Shown in pieces: positions 1 through 8,254 of a DNA stretch of 64,000 nt (its first letter is position 1; the number at the start of each line of letters is the position of its first letter). Origin of the DNA: Hungateiclostridiaceae bacterium UBA1305 (lineage in GTDB: Bacteria > Bacillota > Clostridia > Acetivibrionales > DTU013); contig DBTX01000072.1 in NCBI GenBank assembly GCA_002307275.1, positions 57,454 through 121,453 on the forward strand, read 5' to 3'. The position numbers and the translations under genes were made by a program. A model generated the notes under the pieces. That model saw nothing but the letters and a program-made list of their open reading frames with translations. It ran no database searches and had not been told where the DNA came from.

Positions 1-2169
1 TGCACCTATGCTGCAGCGATAAAATGCATGCTTCCGGCAGGTATCGGTGTAAAGAGCCTCAGCATTATCAAGCTGCTCAATAATATCAGGGGATTACCTC
101 CTTCCAAGCAGGCAATCATTGATACGCTGGCGGCTAATGAAAATGAACTTGAAGTAAATGAGTTGAAAGGACTATGCGGGGTAAAAAGCGGATTGAATGC
201 CCATATCAAAGCACTGGAAGCAACCGGGATCATCAGAGTCAGCGAGCAGTATTCAACCGCTGTCCGGGAAAAGACGATCCGTGTGGCAAGCCTTGCCATG
301 CCTTCAACGGAAGTGCTTGAAGATATTGAAAATGGCGTACTAAAACGCATTCAGCAAATAAAGGTCCTCGAAATGCTGCTTGACAATGATTATATTGCAG
401 TTGCGGATATCGTACGGTTTGCGTCGGTTTCACCCTCTGTGATCGATACGCTCAGAAGATCCGGTTACCTGTATTACAAAGATATCGAAGTGAAACGTGA
501 TCCGCTAAAGCACAGGACTATTGTGCCGACACAACCGCTTGAGCCTACGCAGGAGCAGGCAGCCGTGCTTGAAGCAGCTATCGCGGCAGTTGACAGGGGT
601 TCGTTCAGTGAAATCCTGCTGCATGGAGTGACTGGCAGCGGAAAGACGGAGGTGTACCTGCAGCTGATAAGGCATGTCCTTGATCAAGGCAGGCAGGCTA
701 TTGTTCTTGTGCCGGAAATATCACTGACACCGCAGATGATCGAACGGTTCAGAGGCAGATTCGGCGATCTTGTAGCCGTACAGCACAGCAGACTTTCACC
801 CGGAGAAAGATATGACCAGTGGAGGCTCATCGGGAATGGCGAGGTCAAGGTGGTAGTCGGGGCACGTTCTGCTGTGTTTGCACCTTTTGAAAAGCTTGGA
901 ATAGTAATAATAGACGAAGAACATGAGAATTCATATAAGTCTGAGACAACACCCAAATACAGCGCTGCACAGATAGCTGCCAGGAGATGCCTGCAGGATG
1001 GAGCGCTGCTGCTTTATGGATCAGCAACGCCATCCGTGGATACTTTTCAGAGGGCGCTGGATGGTAAGATAGGGTTATTAAATTTAAAGGGCCGGGCGAA
1101 TGCACTGGTGATGCCCAAAGTCGAAGTTGTCGATATGAGAAGGGAACTGGAGGAAGGCAACAGAACCATTTTCAGTACCAGGCTTTCTGAGGAAATAACC
1201 CGGAACATTAAAGCAGGACAGCAGACCATCCTGTTTCTGAACAGAAGAGGGTACGCCTCCTTCATATTATGCAGGAGCTGCGGCATCAGGCTGAAATGCA
1301 GGCACTGCAACATAACAATGACTTATCATTCGAATGACAACAGGCTTATCTGCCACTATTGCGGATATACCATCAAACTTCCGAGTACATGCCCGAGCTG
1401 CGGCAGTGTATCAATCAGGCAGTTCGGAACAGGTACCCAGAAGGTGGAGGAGGATCTGCAAAAATATTTTCCCGGCAGCTCTGTCATCAGGATGGATATG
1501 GATACTACAACTGGAAAGCACTCGCATGAGGAAATATTGGATGCTTTCCGTGAAAAAAACATAAATATACTGGTAGGTACCCAGATGATAGCAAAAGGAC
1601 ATGATTTCCCGAATGTGACGCTCGTAGGGGTGCTGGCGGCGGACAGCCTGCTTGGAATGGATGATTTCAGGGCATCCGAGAGAACCTTCCAGCTGCTTAC
1701 ACAGGTCGCAGGCAGAGCAGGCAGGGGCAGTCTTCCCGGCAGGGTGGTCATACAGACCTACAATACTGAGGATTACAGCATCACAGCCGCCTGCAGCCAT
1801 GACTATCCTTCGTTCTTCAGACAGGAGTCCGATATCAGGAAAAGGTTGAATTATCCTCCTTTTACGAACATTGCCTGCATCATCCTCAGCTCAGTCAATG
1901 ACAAGCTTGCTTTTGAAAATGCAAAAGAAGTCGCAAGACTTCTTGCATCTCAGATCGTATCCGATGAAGGGGATGAACTGCTTCCAGGGCCTGTGAGAGC
2001 GCCGATTTCAAGGCTGCGCAACCGTTACAGGTGGAGGCTGGTGATGAAATGCAATTCAGTTGATAGATTGACAGCTATGCTTGCTGCAGCATCGGATACA
2101 TTTCACGCATCAAAGGGAAGGAACGATGTTGAACTGAATATGGACATTAACCCCGCAAGTATGATGTAG
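1..2169 (+). CDS. priA: Primosomal protein N' / replication restart helicase PriA (5' end off-window)
   Basis: Frame is open to nt 1 (no in-frame stop upstream of the ATG at 28). Walker A GVTGSGKTEVY, DEEH box IIDEEHE, Cys-rich zinc region CRSCG..CRHC..CHYCG..CPSCG. Confidence 0.9.
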   Translation, partial: CTYAAAIKCMLPAGIGVKSLSIIKLLNNIRGLPPSKQAIIDTLAANENELEVNELKGLCGVKSGLNAHIKALEATGIIRVSEQYSTAVREKTIRVASLAMPSTEVLEDIENGVLKRIQQIKVLEMLLDNDYIAVADIVRFASVSPSVIDTLRRSGYLYYKDIEVKRDPLKHRTIVPTQPLEPTQEQAAVLEAAIAAVDRGSFSEILLHGVTGSGKTEVYLQLIRHVLDQGRQAIVLVPEISLTPQMIERFRGRFGDLVAVQHSRLSPGERYDQWRLIGNGEVKVVVGARSAVFAPFEKLGIVIIDEEHENSYKSETTPKYSAAQIAARRCLQDGALLLYGSATPSVDTFQRALDGKIGLLNLKGRANALVMPKVEVVDMRRELEEGNRTIFSTRLSEEITRNIKAGQQTILFLNRRGYASFILCRSCGIRLKCRHCNITMTYHSNDNRLICHYCGYTIKLPSTCPSCGSVSIRQFGTGTQKVEEDLQKYFPGSSVIRMDMDTTTGKHSHEEILDAFREKNINILVGTQMIAKGHDFPNVTLVGVLAADSLLGMDDFRASERTFQLLTQVAGRAGRGSLPGRVVIQTYNTEDYSITAACSHDYPSFFRQESDIRKRLNYPPFTNIACIILSSVNDKLAFENAKEVARLLASQIVSDEGDELLPGPVRAPISRLRNRYRWRLVMKCNSVDRLTAMLAAASDTFHASKGRNDVELNMDINPASMM

Positions 2170-2232
2170 AACCAAGGGGACGGTTCCTCTGGTTTGCGGA
2201 GAACCAAGGGGACGGTTCCTCTGGTTTGCGAC
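2169..2232. repeat. Exact 30-nt unit (gaaccaaggggacggttcctctggtttgcg) repeated twice with a 32-nt period; each unit folds as a hairpin
   Basis: Copies at 2169-2198 and 2201-2230 are identical. Each has the stem AACCA-GGGGA / UCCUC-UGGUU. Confidence 0.9.
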
Positions 2233-2430
2233 CGTGACAGGGGACTGTCTCTTGTCACGCACAATGGCCGCTCCTGCATTGGAGAGAACCCTGTCAAAGA
2301 GGGGACGGCTCTCTTGCTTCCAAAGATGCGCTTCAAACCTGCAACCCTGCACTGCTCATACTTTATTAATTGCGTAACTTTTGTTGGAAATCCAAAAATT
2401 TTTTTCACTGTATATAGTTGCGGATTGTTT

Positions 2431-2439
2431 TGATATAAT
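2431..2439 (+). promoter_or_regulatory. Candidate extended -10 promoter (TGaTATAAT) for the def-fmt operon
   Basis: tgatataat at 2431-2439. There is no good -35 hexamer. It is the only sigma-A-like element between priA and def. Confidence 0.35.
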
Positions 2440-2460
2440 GTAAGGAGGCACACTGAAAGA

Positions 2461-2565
2461 GCAGAGATCAGACACAAGAAGTCAGAAGTCAGAAGTCAGA
2501 AGTCAGAAATCAGAAATCAGAAATCAGAAATCAGAAATCAGAAATCAGAAATCAGAAATCAGATA
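2461..2565. repeat. Heptanucleotide tandem array of 15 units: 4x AGAAGTC, 8x AGAAATC and degenerate flanking units
   Basis: Read directly: AGAAGTC x4 at 2477-2504 and AGAAATC x8 at 2505-2560. Degenerate heptads gcagaga/tcagaca/caagaag lie upstream and tcagata downstream. Confidence 0.95.
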
Positions 2566-2727
2566 TAAGTCTTCCGCTGATGTAATATACAATTCTGTTC
2601 TCTAGTGTCTGGTTTCTATTCTCTGAAGTTTAAGAATGTCCCCTTTTGACGCTACAGCAATTGGGATGCTAAGGCGGGTTTGGAAGCTGAAGTAACCGGG
2701 ACGCCGAAAAAAGATATGGAGGGTTTT

Positions 2728-3198
2728 ATGGCAATCAGGAACATCAGGAAAGACGGCGATGAAATATTAAGAAAGAAATCAAAAGAAGTTGATGCAATAA
2801 ATGATAAAATACGTATTTTGTTGCAGGATATGGCTGATACTCTATACAAGGCTGAAGGAGTCGGTTTGGCCGCACCGCAGGTAGGCGTGCTTAAAAGGGT
2901 CGTGGTCATTGATGTGGGAGAAGGGCTGCTCGAACTTGTGAATCCGGTATTCCGGAGCCAATCAGGACAACAGGTTACGACGGAAGGCTGCCTTAGCGTT
3001 CCCGGAGTTTGGGGGGAATTGAATCGACCTTCTCATGTGGTTGTTGAAGCTCATAACGGGAAGGGAGAAAAGGTCGTTATCGAAGGGGAGGGCCTTCTGG
3101 CAACGGCGCTCTGCCACGAACTCGACCACCTTGAAGGAATATTGTTCAAGGATAAGGCGATACGAATCCTTGACCCTGAAGATTTAAAGGGAGAGTAA
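2728..3198 (+). CDS. def: Peptide deformylase
   Basis: Motifs [18 protein letters not shown] and HELDHLEG. The ATG at 2728 is preceded by GGAGGG. The ORF-track start at 2680 has no RBS. Confidence 0.92.
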   Translation: MAIRNIRKDGDEILRKKSKEVDAINDKIRILLQDMADTLYKAEGVGLAAPQVGVLKRVVVIDVGEGLLELVNPVFRSQSGQQVTTEGCLSVPGVWGELNRPSHVVVEAHNGKGEKVVIEGEGLLATALCHELDHLEGILFKDKAIRILDPEDLKGE

Positions 3199-3206
3199 TT
3201 CATATA

Positions 3207-4235
3207 ATGAGGATAATATTTATGGGTACGCCGGAATTTGCCGTGCCGTGCCTGGACATACTTGTGAATAACGGCTATGATGTCATCGCTGTCATAACGC
3301 AGCCGGACAAGCCTTCCGGCAGAAAACAGAGCCAGCTTAAAGCTCCGCCTGTAAAGGAAGCTGCCATTGCACACCGTATCAATACAATTCTGCAGCCGGT
3401 GAAGGTAAAGACGCCGGAATTCCTGAATGAGATAAAGGGTCTGAAACCGGATTTGATCGTCACTGCAGCATATGGCAGGATCCTGACCAAAGCAGTGCTC
3501 GATGTGCCGCGCCTTGGCTGCATAAACGTGCATGGCTCCCTGCTTCCCAAATACAGAGGGGCAGCACCTATTCAATGGGCATTGATCAATGGCGACAGCA
3601 CGACAGGCATTACTACGATGTTTATGGACGAGGGCATGGATACAGGCGATATTCTGTTAACAAAGGAATTGGCCATTACTCCGGATATGAACGCGCAGGA
3701 ACTCTATAATAGTCTGATGCTCCTTGGCGCACAGGCATTGCTGGAGACCATGAAGGGCTTGGAAAAAGCCACTTTATTGAGGGTGCCCCAGGATCATTCC
3801 AAAGCAGTGAATATACCCATCATGACCAGAGAAACCGGTTTGATTGACTGGAACAGCAGTGCAGTACAGATACACAATCTTGTCAGGGGTACAAATCCGT
3901 GGCCTGGAGCATACACCTTCTACAAGGGTGAAAGAATGAAGGTGTGGAAGACGGCATCACCAGAGGATTATTCAGGGAGGAAAAGGGAATCGGACCTGAA
4001 GGAAACGCAAATAAATGAAGTAAAAATAAATGAAGTGGAAATAAATGATGTGCAAAAAAAATGGGAGAACTCCGGAGTAAGAAATGGTACGATCCTGAAA
4101 ATATTGAAGGATCGTATGATCGTTTCAACTGGAGAAGGCTGCCTCAGTATTATTGTATTGCAGATGGAAAACTCAAGGAGGATGAATATTTCCGAATGCG
4201 GACATAATATGGACGAAGGTGAAGTTCTTGGATAA
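3207..4235 (+). CDS. fmt: Methionyl-tRNA formyltransferase (with a ~30-aa repeat-containing insertion in the C-terminal domain)
   Basis: MRIIFMGTPEFAVP and HGSLLPKYRGAAPIQWA. Located immediately after def. Confidence 0.92.
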   Translation: MRIIFMGTPEFAVPCLDILVNNGYDVIAVITQPDKPSGRKQSQLKAPPVKEAAIAHRINTILQPVKVKTPEFLNEIKGLKPDLIVTAAYGRILTKAVLDVPRLGCINVHGSLLPKYRGAAPIQWALINGDSTTGITTMFMDEGMDTGDILLTKELAITPDMNAQELYNSLMLLGAQALLETMKGLEKATLLRVPQDHSKAVNIPIMTRETGLIDWNSSAVQIHNLVRGTNPWPGAYTFYKGERMKVWKTASPEDYSGRKRESDLKETQINEVKINEVEINDVQKKWENSGVRNGTILKILKDRMIVSTGEGCLSIIVLQMENSRRMNISECGHNMDEGEVLG

Positions 4236-5004
4236 AAAACTGCGCAGCTTCATGATTTATGCATTCCTGCTGATACTTGTGATCGGCGCATTTGCTGTCT
4301 TATTTTCATATGTATATAGATTTTTTACCATAGACATCTACAATAGAATTCTGACGATTCTCATCATACTCTCAGTAGTGATAATGGTTGCAGTAGCACT
4401 GGCAATGCTTTCGATTTTTGCAGCAGTAAAAAGCCGGAAAGTCAATGCTCTGATGTTTGTGCCTGTAAGGCTCGGTCTTAAGCTCGTAATGCCTTTCGCC
4501 CTATTTGTGACAGATATTCTTAAGCGTGACAAGGATATGATCAGAAGCCTTTTTATTGATATCAACAATCTGTTCGTCCAGGCTGGAGACATCCGGAAAA
4601 GTCCTGAAAAGATTATGCTCCTGCTGCCTCATTGTCTGCAGAACTCGGAATGCACACATAAAGTCACAGGAAATATAAATAACTGCAGGAAATGCGGACG
4701 ATGCTGCATTGGTGACATCCTGAGGATGGTTGAGGAAACTGGTGTGAAAGCTATCATAGTGACTGGAGGAACAGCAGCCCGCAAAGTTATTGCCGGAGAG
4801 AACCCTGAAATGGTTCTCTCTGTTGCATGTGAACGTGATCTGGCAATCGGGATCTCCGACGTGAGCAGGATCCCTGTTCTTGGGGTTCTGAACCAGAGGC
4901 CGAACGGTCCCTGCATAAATACGACAGTGGATGTAAGACTGCTGAGAGAAAAGCTGGATAGCATCCTGCTAGTGCCAGAAATTGCTCGGAAAGGCAAGGA
5001 CTGA
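4219..5004 (+). CDS. DUF116-type Cys-rich membrane protein
   Basis: N-terminal TM helices, then LLLPHCLQ..C..CRKCGRCCIGD...GGTAARK...VACERDL. Sits in the fmt-rsmB slot. The start is uncertain (GTG 4219 or ATG 4252). Confidence 0.65.
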   Translation: MKFLDKKLRSFMIYAFLLILVIGAFAVLFSYVYRFFTIDIYNRILTILIILSVVIMVAVALAMLSIFAAVKSRKVNALMFVPVRLGLKLVMPFALFVTDILKRDKDMIRSLFIDINNLFVQAGDIRKSPEKIMLLLPHCLQNSECTHKVTGNINNCRKCGRCCIGDILRMVEETGVKAIIVTGGTAARKVIAGENPEMVLSVACERDLAIGISDVSRIPVLGVLNQRPNGPCINTTVDVRLLREKLDSILLVPEIARKGKD

Positions 5005-5006
5005 AA

Positions 5007-6359
5007 TTGGACAACGCAAGAGAAGCGGCATTGAAAATATTATATGAAGTCAACGAAAATGGTGCATATTCAAATATTGCCCTGAACAAATATTTTTCTT
5101 CAACAGAGCTAAGGAATATAGACAGAGCTTTTACAACAGAGATTGTCTACGGCACGGTCAAATGGAAGCTGACACTGGACAGAGTCATTGCCGCGTATTC
5201 AAATATAAAAATCGAGAAGCTGTCGCCCTGGATCCTGAATATTCTGCGGCTTGGAGCCTACCAAATGCTTCACATGACAAAAGTGCCGCAGTCGGCAGCC
5301 TGCAATGAAAGTGTCAAACTAGCAGGAAGATACGGACATAAGGCTTCTGCGGGGTTTGTGAATGCAGTCCTGAGGAACATTGCCAGAAATGGCGGCAAAA
5401 TTGATCTTCCGGACCGGCAGGATGATCCGGCAGGATATTTTGCAGTAAAATATTCATACCCGAAATGGCTGACAGAAAAATATATCGGACTTTTTGGAGA
5501 AGAGTTTGCAGAGAGTCTGCTTGATTCAGGGAACGGAATCCCTGAAATGAATGTCAGGGCGAATACCCTCAGAACGACTGCCCCGGAACTCGTTGAAAAG
5601 CTTGCCGCTGAGGGCGTTGAGGCAATGCTGGGAAAATATTCGGGAGAAGCTGTCATCATAAAAAGCTCCGTATCCATTGGAGCACTGGCCGCTTTCAAAG
5701 AGGGTCTGTTCCAGGTGCAGGACGAGAGCTCCATGCTTCCTGCCGCAGTACTCGCACCATTGCCCGGTGAGCGGGTGCTTGATGCCTGCAGCGCTCCGGG
5801 AGGCAAGGCTACCCACATGGCACAGCTGATGCAAAACAGAGGGACGGTTCTTGCAAGAGATATACATGAGCATAAGCTTAAGCTGATCGAGGATGCAGCG
5901 AAAAGACTTGGAATAGATATTATAAAATGCGAACTGCATGATGCGGCGTTTCCGGATAACACTGATGAAAGCGTTTTCGACCGGGTACTGCTTGATGCAC
6001 CATGTACCGGGCTCGGAATCGTCAGGAGAAAGCCGGATATAAAATGGGCCCGGGAGACAAAGGATATCGAAGGGATTGCTGCCTTGCAGAAGAAATTGCT
6101 TCATACGGTTTCGAAAAGTGTGAAGCCGGGGGGCGCACTGGTATACAGCACTTGTACGATACTCCCTGAAGAGAACGAAGGTGTAGTGAATGAATTCCTT
6201 CGGGAAAATGAAAACTTCGAAGCAGTTGATATCGCTCAATTTCTGCCTGCCGGACTGGCTGCACATGCAAAAGGCTGCATGCTTCAGACTTACCCGAATC
6301 GGGATGGCATTGACGGATTTTTTATGGCAAGACTCAGGAGGAAGGAGATTGAAATGTAA
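5007..6359 (+). CDS. rsmB: 16S rRNA (cytosine967-C5)-methyltransferase RsmB/Sun
   Basis: NusB-like N-terminus. SAM motif DACSAPGGKATH and catalytic PCTGLG / YSTCT. TTG start. Confidence 0.88.
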   Translation: MDNAREAALKILYEVNENGAYSNIALNKYFSSTELRNIDRAFTTEIVYGTVKWKLTLDRVIAAYSNIKIEKLSPWILNILRLGAYQMLHMTKVPQSAACNESVKLAGRYGHKASAGFVNAVLRNIARNGGKIDLPDRQDDPAGYFAVKYSYPKWLTEKYIGLFGEEFAESLLDSGNGIPEMNVRANTLRTTAPELVEKLAAEGVEAMLGKYSGEAVIIKSSVSIGALAAFKEGLFQVQDESSMLPAAVLAPLPGERVLDACSAPGGKATHMAQLMQNRGTVLARDIHEHKLKLIEDAAKRLGIDIIKCELHDAAFPDNTDESVFDRVLLDAPCTGLGIVRRKPDIKWARETKDIEGIAALQKKLLHTVSKSVKPGGALVYSTCTILPEENEGVVNEFLRENENFEAVDIAQFLPAGLAAHAKGCMLQTYPNRDGIDGFFMARLRRKEIEM

Positions 6360-6373
6360 GTATTTAAATTCTT

Positions 6374-6419
6374 ACAGACAGGCTGTAAAAGTACCTGAAC
6401 TCATACAGACAGGCTGTAA
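6374..6419. repeat. Two copies of a 15-nt motif ACAGACAGGCTGTAA (31-nt period) in the rsmB-rlmN spacer
   Basis: Copies at 6374-6388 and 6405-6419. Each contains the ACAG..CTGT inverted repeat. aattcttRcag occurs on both flanks. Confidence 0.85.
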
Positions 6420-6447
6420 CAATGTGAATTCTTGCAGATGCGGATAA

Positions 6448-7485
6448 ATGGAACTAAAATACCTTCCTGATATGGATATACAAGAGCTGGAAGCACTTCT
6501 CAAGGAAACAGGACAGCAAAAATTCCGCGCGAAACAGATATTTTCCTGGATAGCCAGAGGCGCAAAGAATTTTGATGAGATGACCGATCTCTCGAAACAG
6601 CTGAGACAGGATCTGAGGCTTTATGCAAGGGTGTCAGGTCTTGAAGTCAGACGTAAGCTGGTTTCATCTATTGACGGTACTGCGAAATATCTGTTCGAAT
6701 TACTGGATGGGAATATGATTGAAAGCGTACTGATGGAATATCAACATGGCTTTACAGCATGCATTTCTTCACAAATCGGCTGCAAGATGGGCTGCAGCTT
6801 CTGCGCATCCACGATTGCCGGTTTCAGAAGGGACCTGACTGCAGGGGAAATGCTTGAGCAGATCCTGGCTATTCAGCGAGACAGTGGCGCAAGGGTGGGA
6901 AATGTCGTTATAATGGGCATAGGAGAGCCATTTGACAATTATGACAATGTGTTGAAATTCCTGAGGCTTGCAAACAACCCGGAAGGCCTTAATATTGGCA
7001 GCCGGCATATGACAGTTTCTACCTGTGGATTGGTGCCCGGCATACTCAGGTTTTCAGAGGAGAACCTGCAGGTAAATTTGGCAATTTCGCTCCATGCGCC
7101 CAACGACAGCATGCGTTCTGCCATTATGCCGATTGGCAGCAAGTACTCTATTGACAAAATAATTGAAGCATGTAAGATATATACAAGGAAAACAAATCGA
7201 AGAATTACGTTTGAATATGCATTGATCGAGGGGGTCAATGATTCACCGGAAAACGCAGGAGAACTGGCCTTGCGGCTCAAAGGGCTGTTATGCCATGTAA
7301 ACCTGATACCGGTCAATACTGTAAAGGGTGTCGGCTATCGTCAAAGTGACCGCAGGCATGTAGAAGAGTTTGAAAAGCTGCTGCTTCGCAAAGGAATCGA
7401 AACAACGGTGAGGCGTGAGCTGGGTGCAGATATTAATGCTGCTTGCGGACAACTAAGAAGAAGTGAAATGTCGGAAGAACCCTAA
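6448..7485 (+). CDS. rlmN: 23S rRNA/tRNA (adenine-C2)-methyltransferase RlmN (radical SAM)
   Basis: [10 protein letters not shown] radical-SAM cluster motif, [10 protein letters not shown]-terminal conserved Cys (ACGQL). Confidence 0.92.
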   Translation: MELKYLPDMDIQELEALLKETGQQKFRAKQIFSWIARGAKNFDEMTDLSKQLRQDLRLYARVSGLEVRRKLVSSIDGTAKYLFELLDGNMIESVLMEYQHGFTACISSQIGCKMGCSFCASTIAGFRRDLTAGEMLEQILAIQRDSGARVGNVVIMGIGEPFDNYDNVLKFLRLANNPEGLNIGSRHMTVSTCGLVPGILRFSEENLQVNLAISLHAPNDSMRSAIMPIGSKYSIDKIIEACKIYTRKTNRRITFEYALIEGVNDSPENAGELALRLKGLLCHVNLIPVNTVKGVGYRQSDRRHVEEFEKLLLRKGIETTVRRELGADINAACGQLRRSEMSEEP

Positions 7486-7509
7486 TTTATTCCAAAGGGT
7501 GTTGATTTT

Positions 7510-8244
7510 TTGAAATACGCTGCTGGAACAGACAGAGGTCTGGTAAGGGAAACAAATGAAGACAGCTTTAACGTAATCCCGGGAAGTCAGGAAGCTCCAT
7601 ATGTTTTTATTGTAGCTGACGGCATGGGAGGCCATAACTGCGGCGAAATAGCCAGCAGGACGGCAGTTGAGTACATAAGCGATTACTTCGCACAAAACGC
7701 CGGTAGTTATATGAATGCTGAGGATTCTGGTTTTGCGCTCAAAAAGCTTGTGGAGGCTGCCAATCAGGAAGTCTGGGAGAAATCGCTGGAAACTCCTGAA
7801 ACCAATGGAATGGGTACCACACTGACTATGGCAGTAATAGTCGATAAAACTGTTACGATTGCCCATGTCGGTGACAGCAGGCTATATCTGGCCCGTTCGG
7901 GAGAAATGCGGAAGGTGACTGATGATCATTCCTATATAGAGGAGTTGGTAAGGAAAGGTTCGTTGACAAGGGAGGAAGCCGAAAAACATCCCGGGAAAAA
8001 TATTATTACCAGAGCAATCGGTTCTTCTCCGGAACTTGAAGTTGATATCCTGAGTCTAACAATGGAAGCGGATGACATGATGGTACTGTGTACAGACGGT
8101 CTCACTAATATGCTGTGTGAGGACGAAATATTTGAGACAGCAGGAAACAATCAACCGGAGGCAGCTTGTGAACAATTGATAGAAGCGGCTAAAAAGCATG
8201 GCGGCGAAGACAATGTAACCGTTATCATAATCAAATGTGAGTGA
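7510..8244 (+). CDS. stp: PP2C-family Ser/Thr protein phosphatase (Stp/PrpC)
   Basis: ADGMGGH, DGLTN and GGEDNVT motifs. Directly precedes prkC. Confidence 0.88.
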   Translation: MKYAAGTDRGLVRETNEDSFNVIPGSQEAPYVFIVADGMGGHNCGEIASRTAVEYISDYFAQNAGSYMNAEDSGFALKKLVEAANQEVWEKSLETPETNGMGTTLTMAVIVDKTVTIAHVGDSRLYLARSGEMRKVTDDHSYIEELVRKGSLTREEAEKHPGKNIITRAIGSSPELEVDILSLTMEADDMMVLCTDGLTNMLCEDEIFETAGNNQPEAACEQLIEAAKKHGGEDNVTVIIIKCE

Positions 8245-8254
8245 AGGTGCATAT

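Noticed and set aside
2194-2433. 79-aa plus-strand ORF (MRRTKGTVPLVCDRDRGLSLV...) and the overlapping minus-strand ORFs in the priA-def spacer
   Set aside because: They are translations through the GGGGAC hairpin repeats. They have no RBS and a repeat-imposed amino-acid pattern, and the region is better explained as REP-like or terminator structures.
2461-2565. Possible CRISPR array
   Set aside because: The units are 7 nt with no spacers and no cas genes are in the window. It is a simple tandem repeat.
3051-3575. 174-aa minus-strand ORF spanning the def/fmt junction
   Set aside because: It is antisense to two strongly supported conserved genes, has low-complexity composition and has no RBS.
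4195-4205. Single aatgcggac match to the 11-bp repeat unit, inside the fmt 3' end
   Set aside because: One isolated 9-mer match in 128 kb of two-strand sequence is within chance expectation, and there is no repeat context.
5270-6266. Two long minus-strand ORFs (230 and 246 aa) inside rsmB
   Set aside because: These are shadow ORFs opposite a well-supported methyltransferase gene. Their Ser/Ala/Pro/Cys-rich composition is typical of antisense frames.
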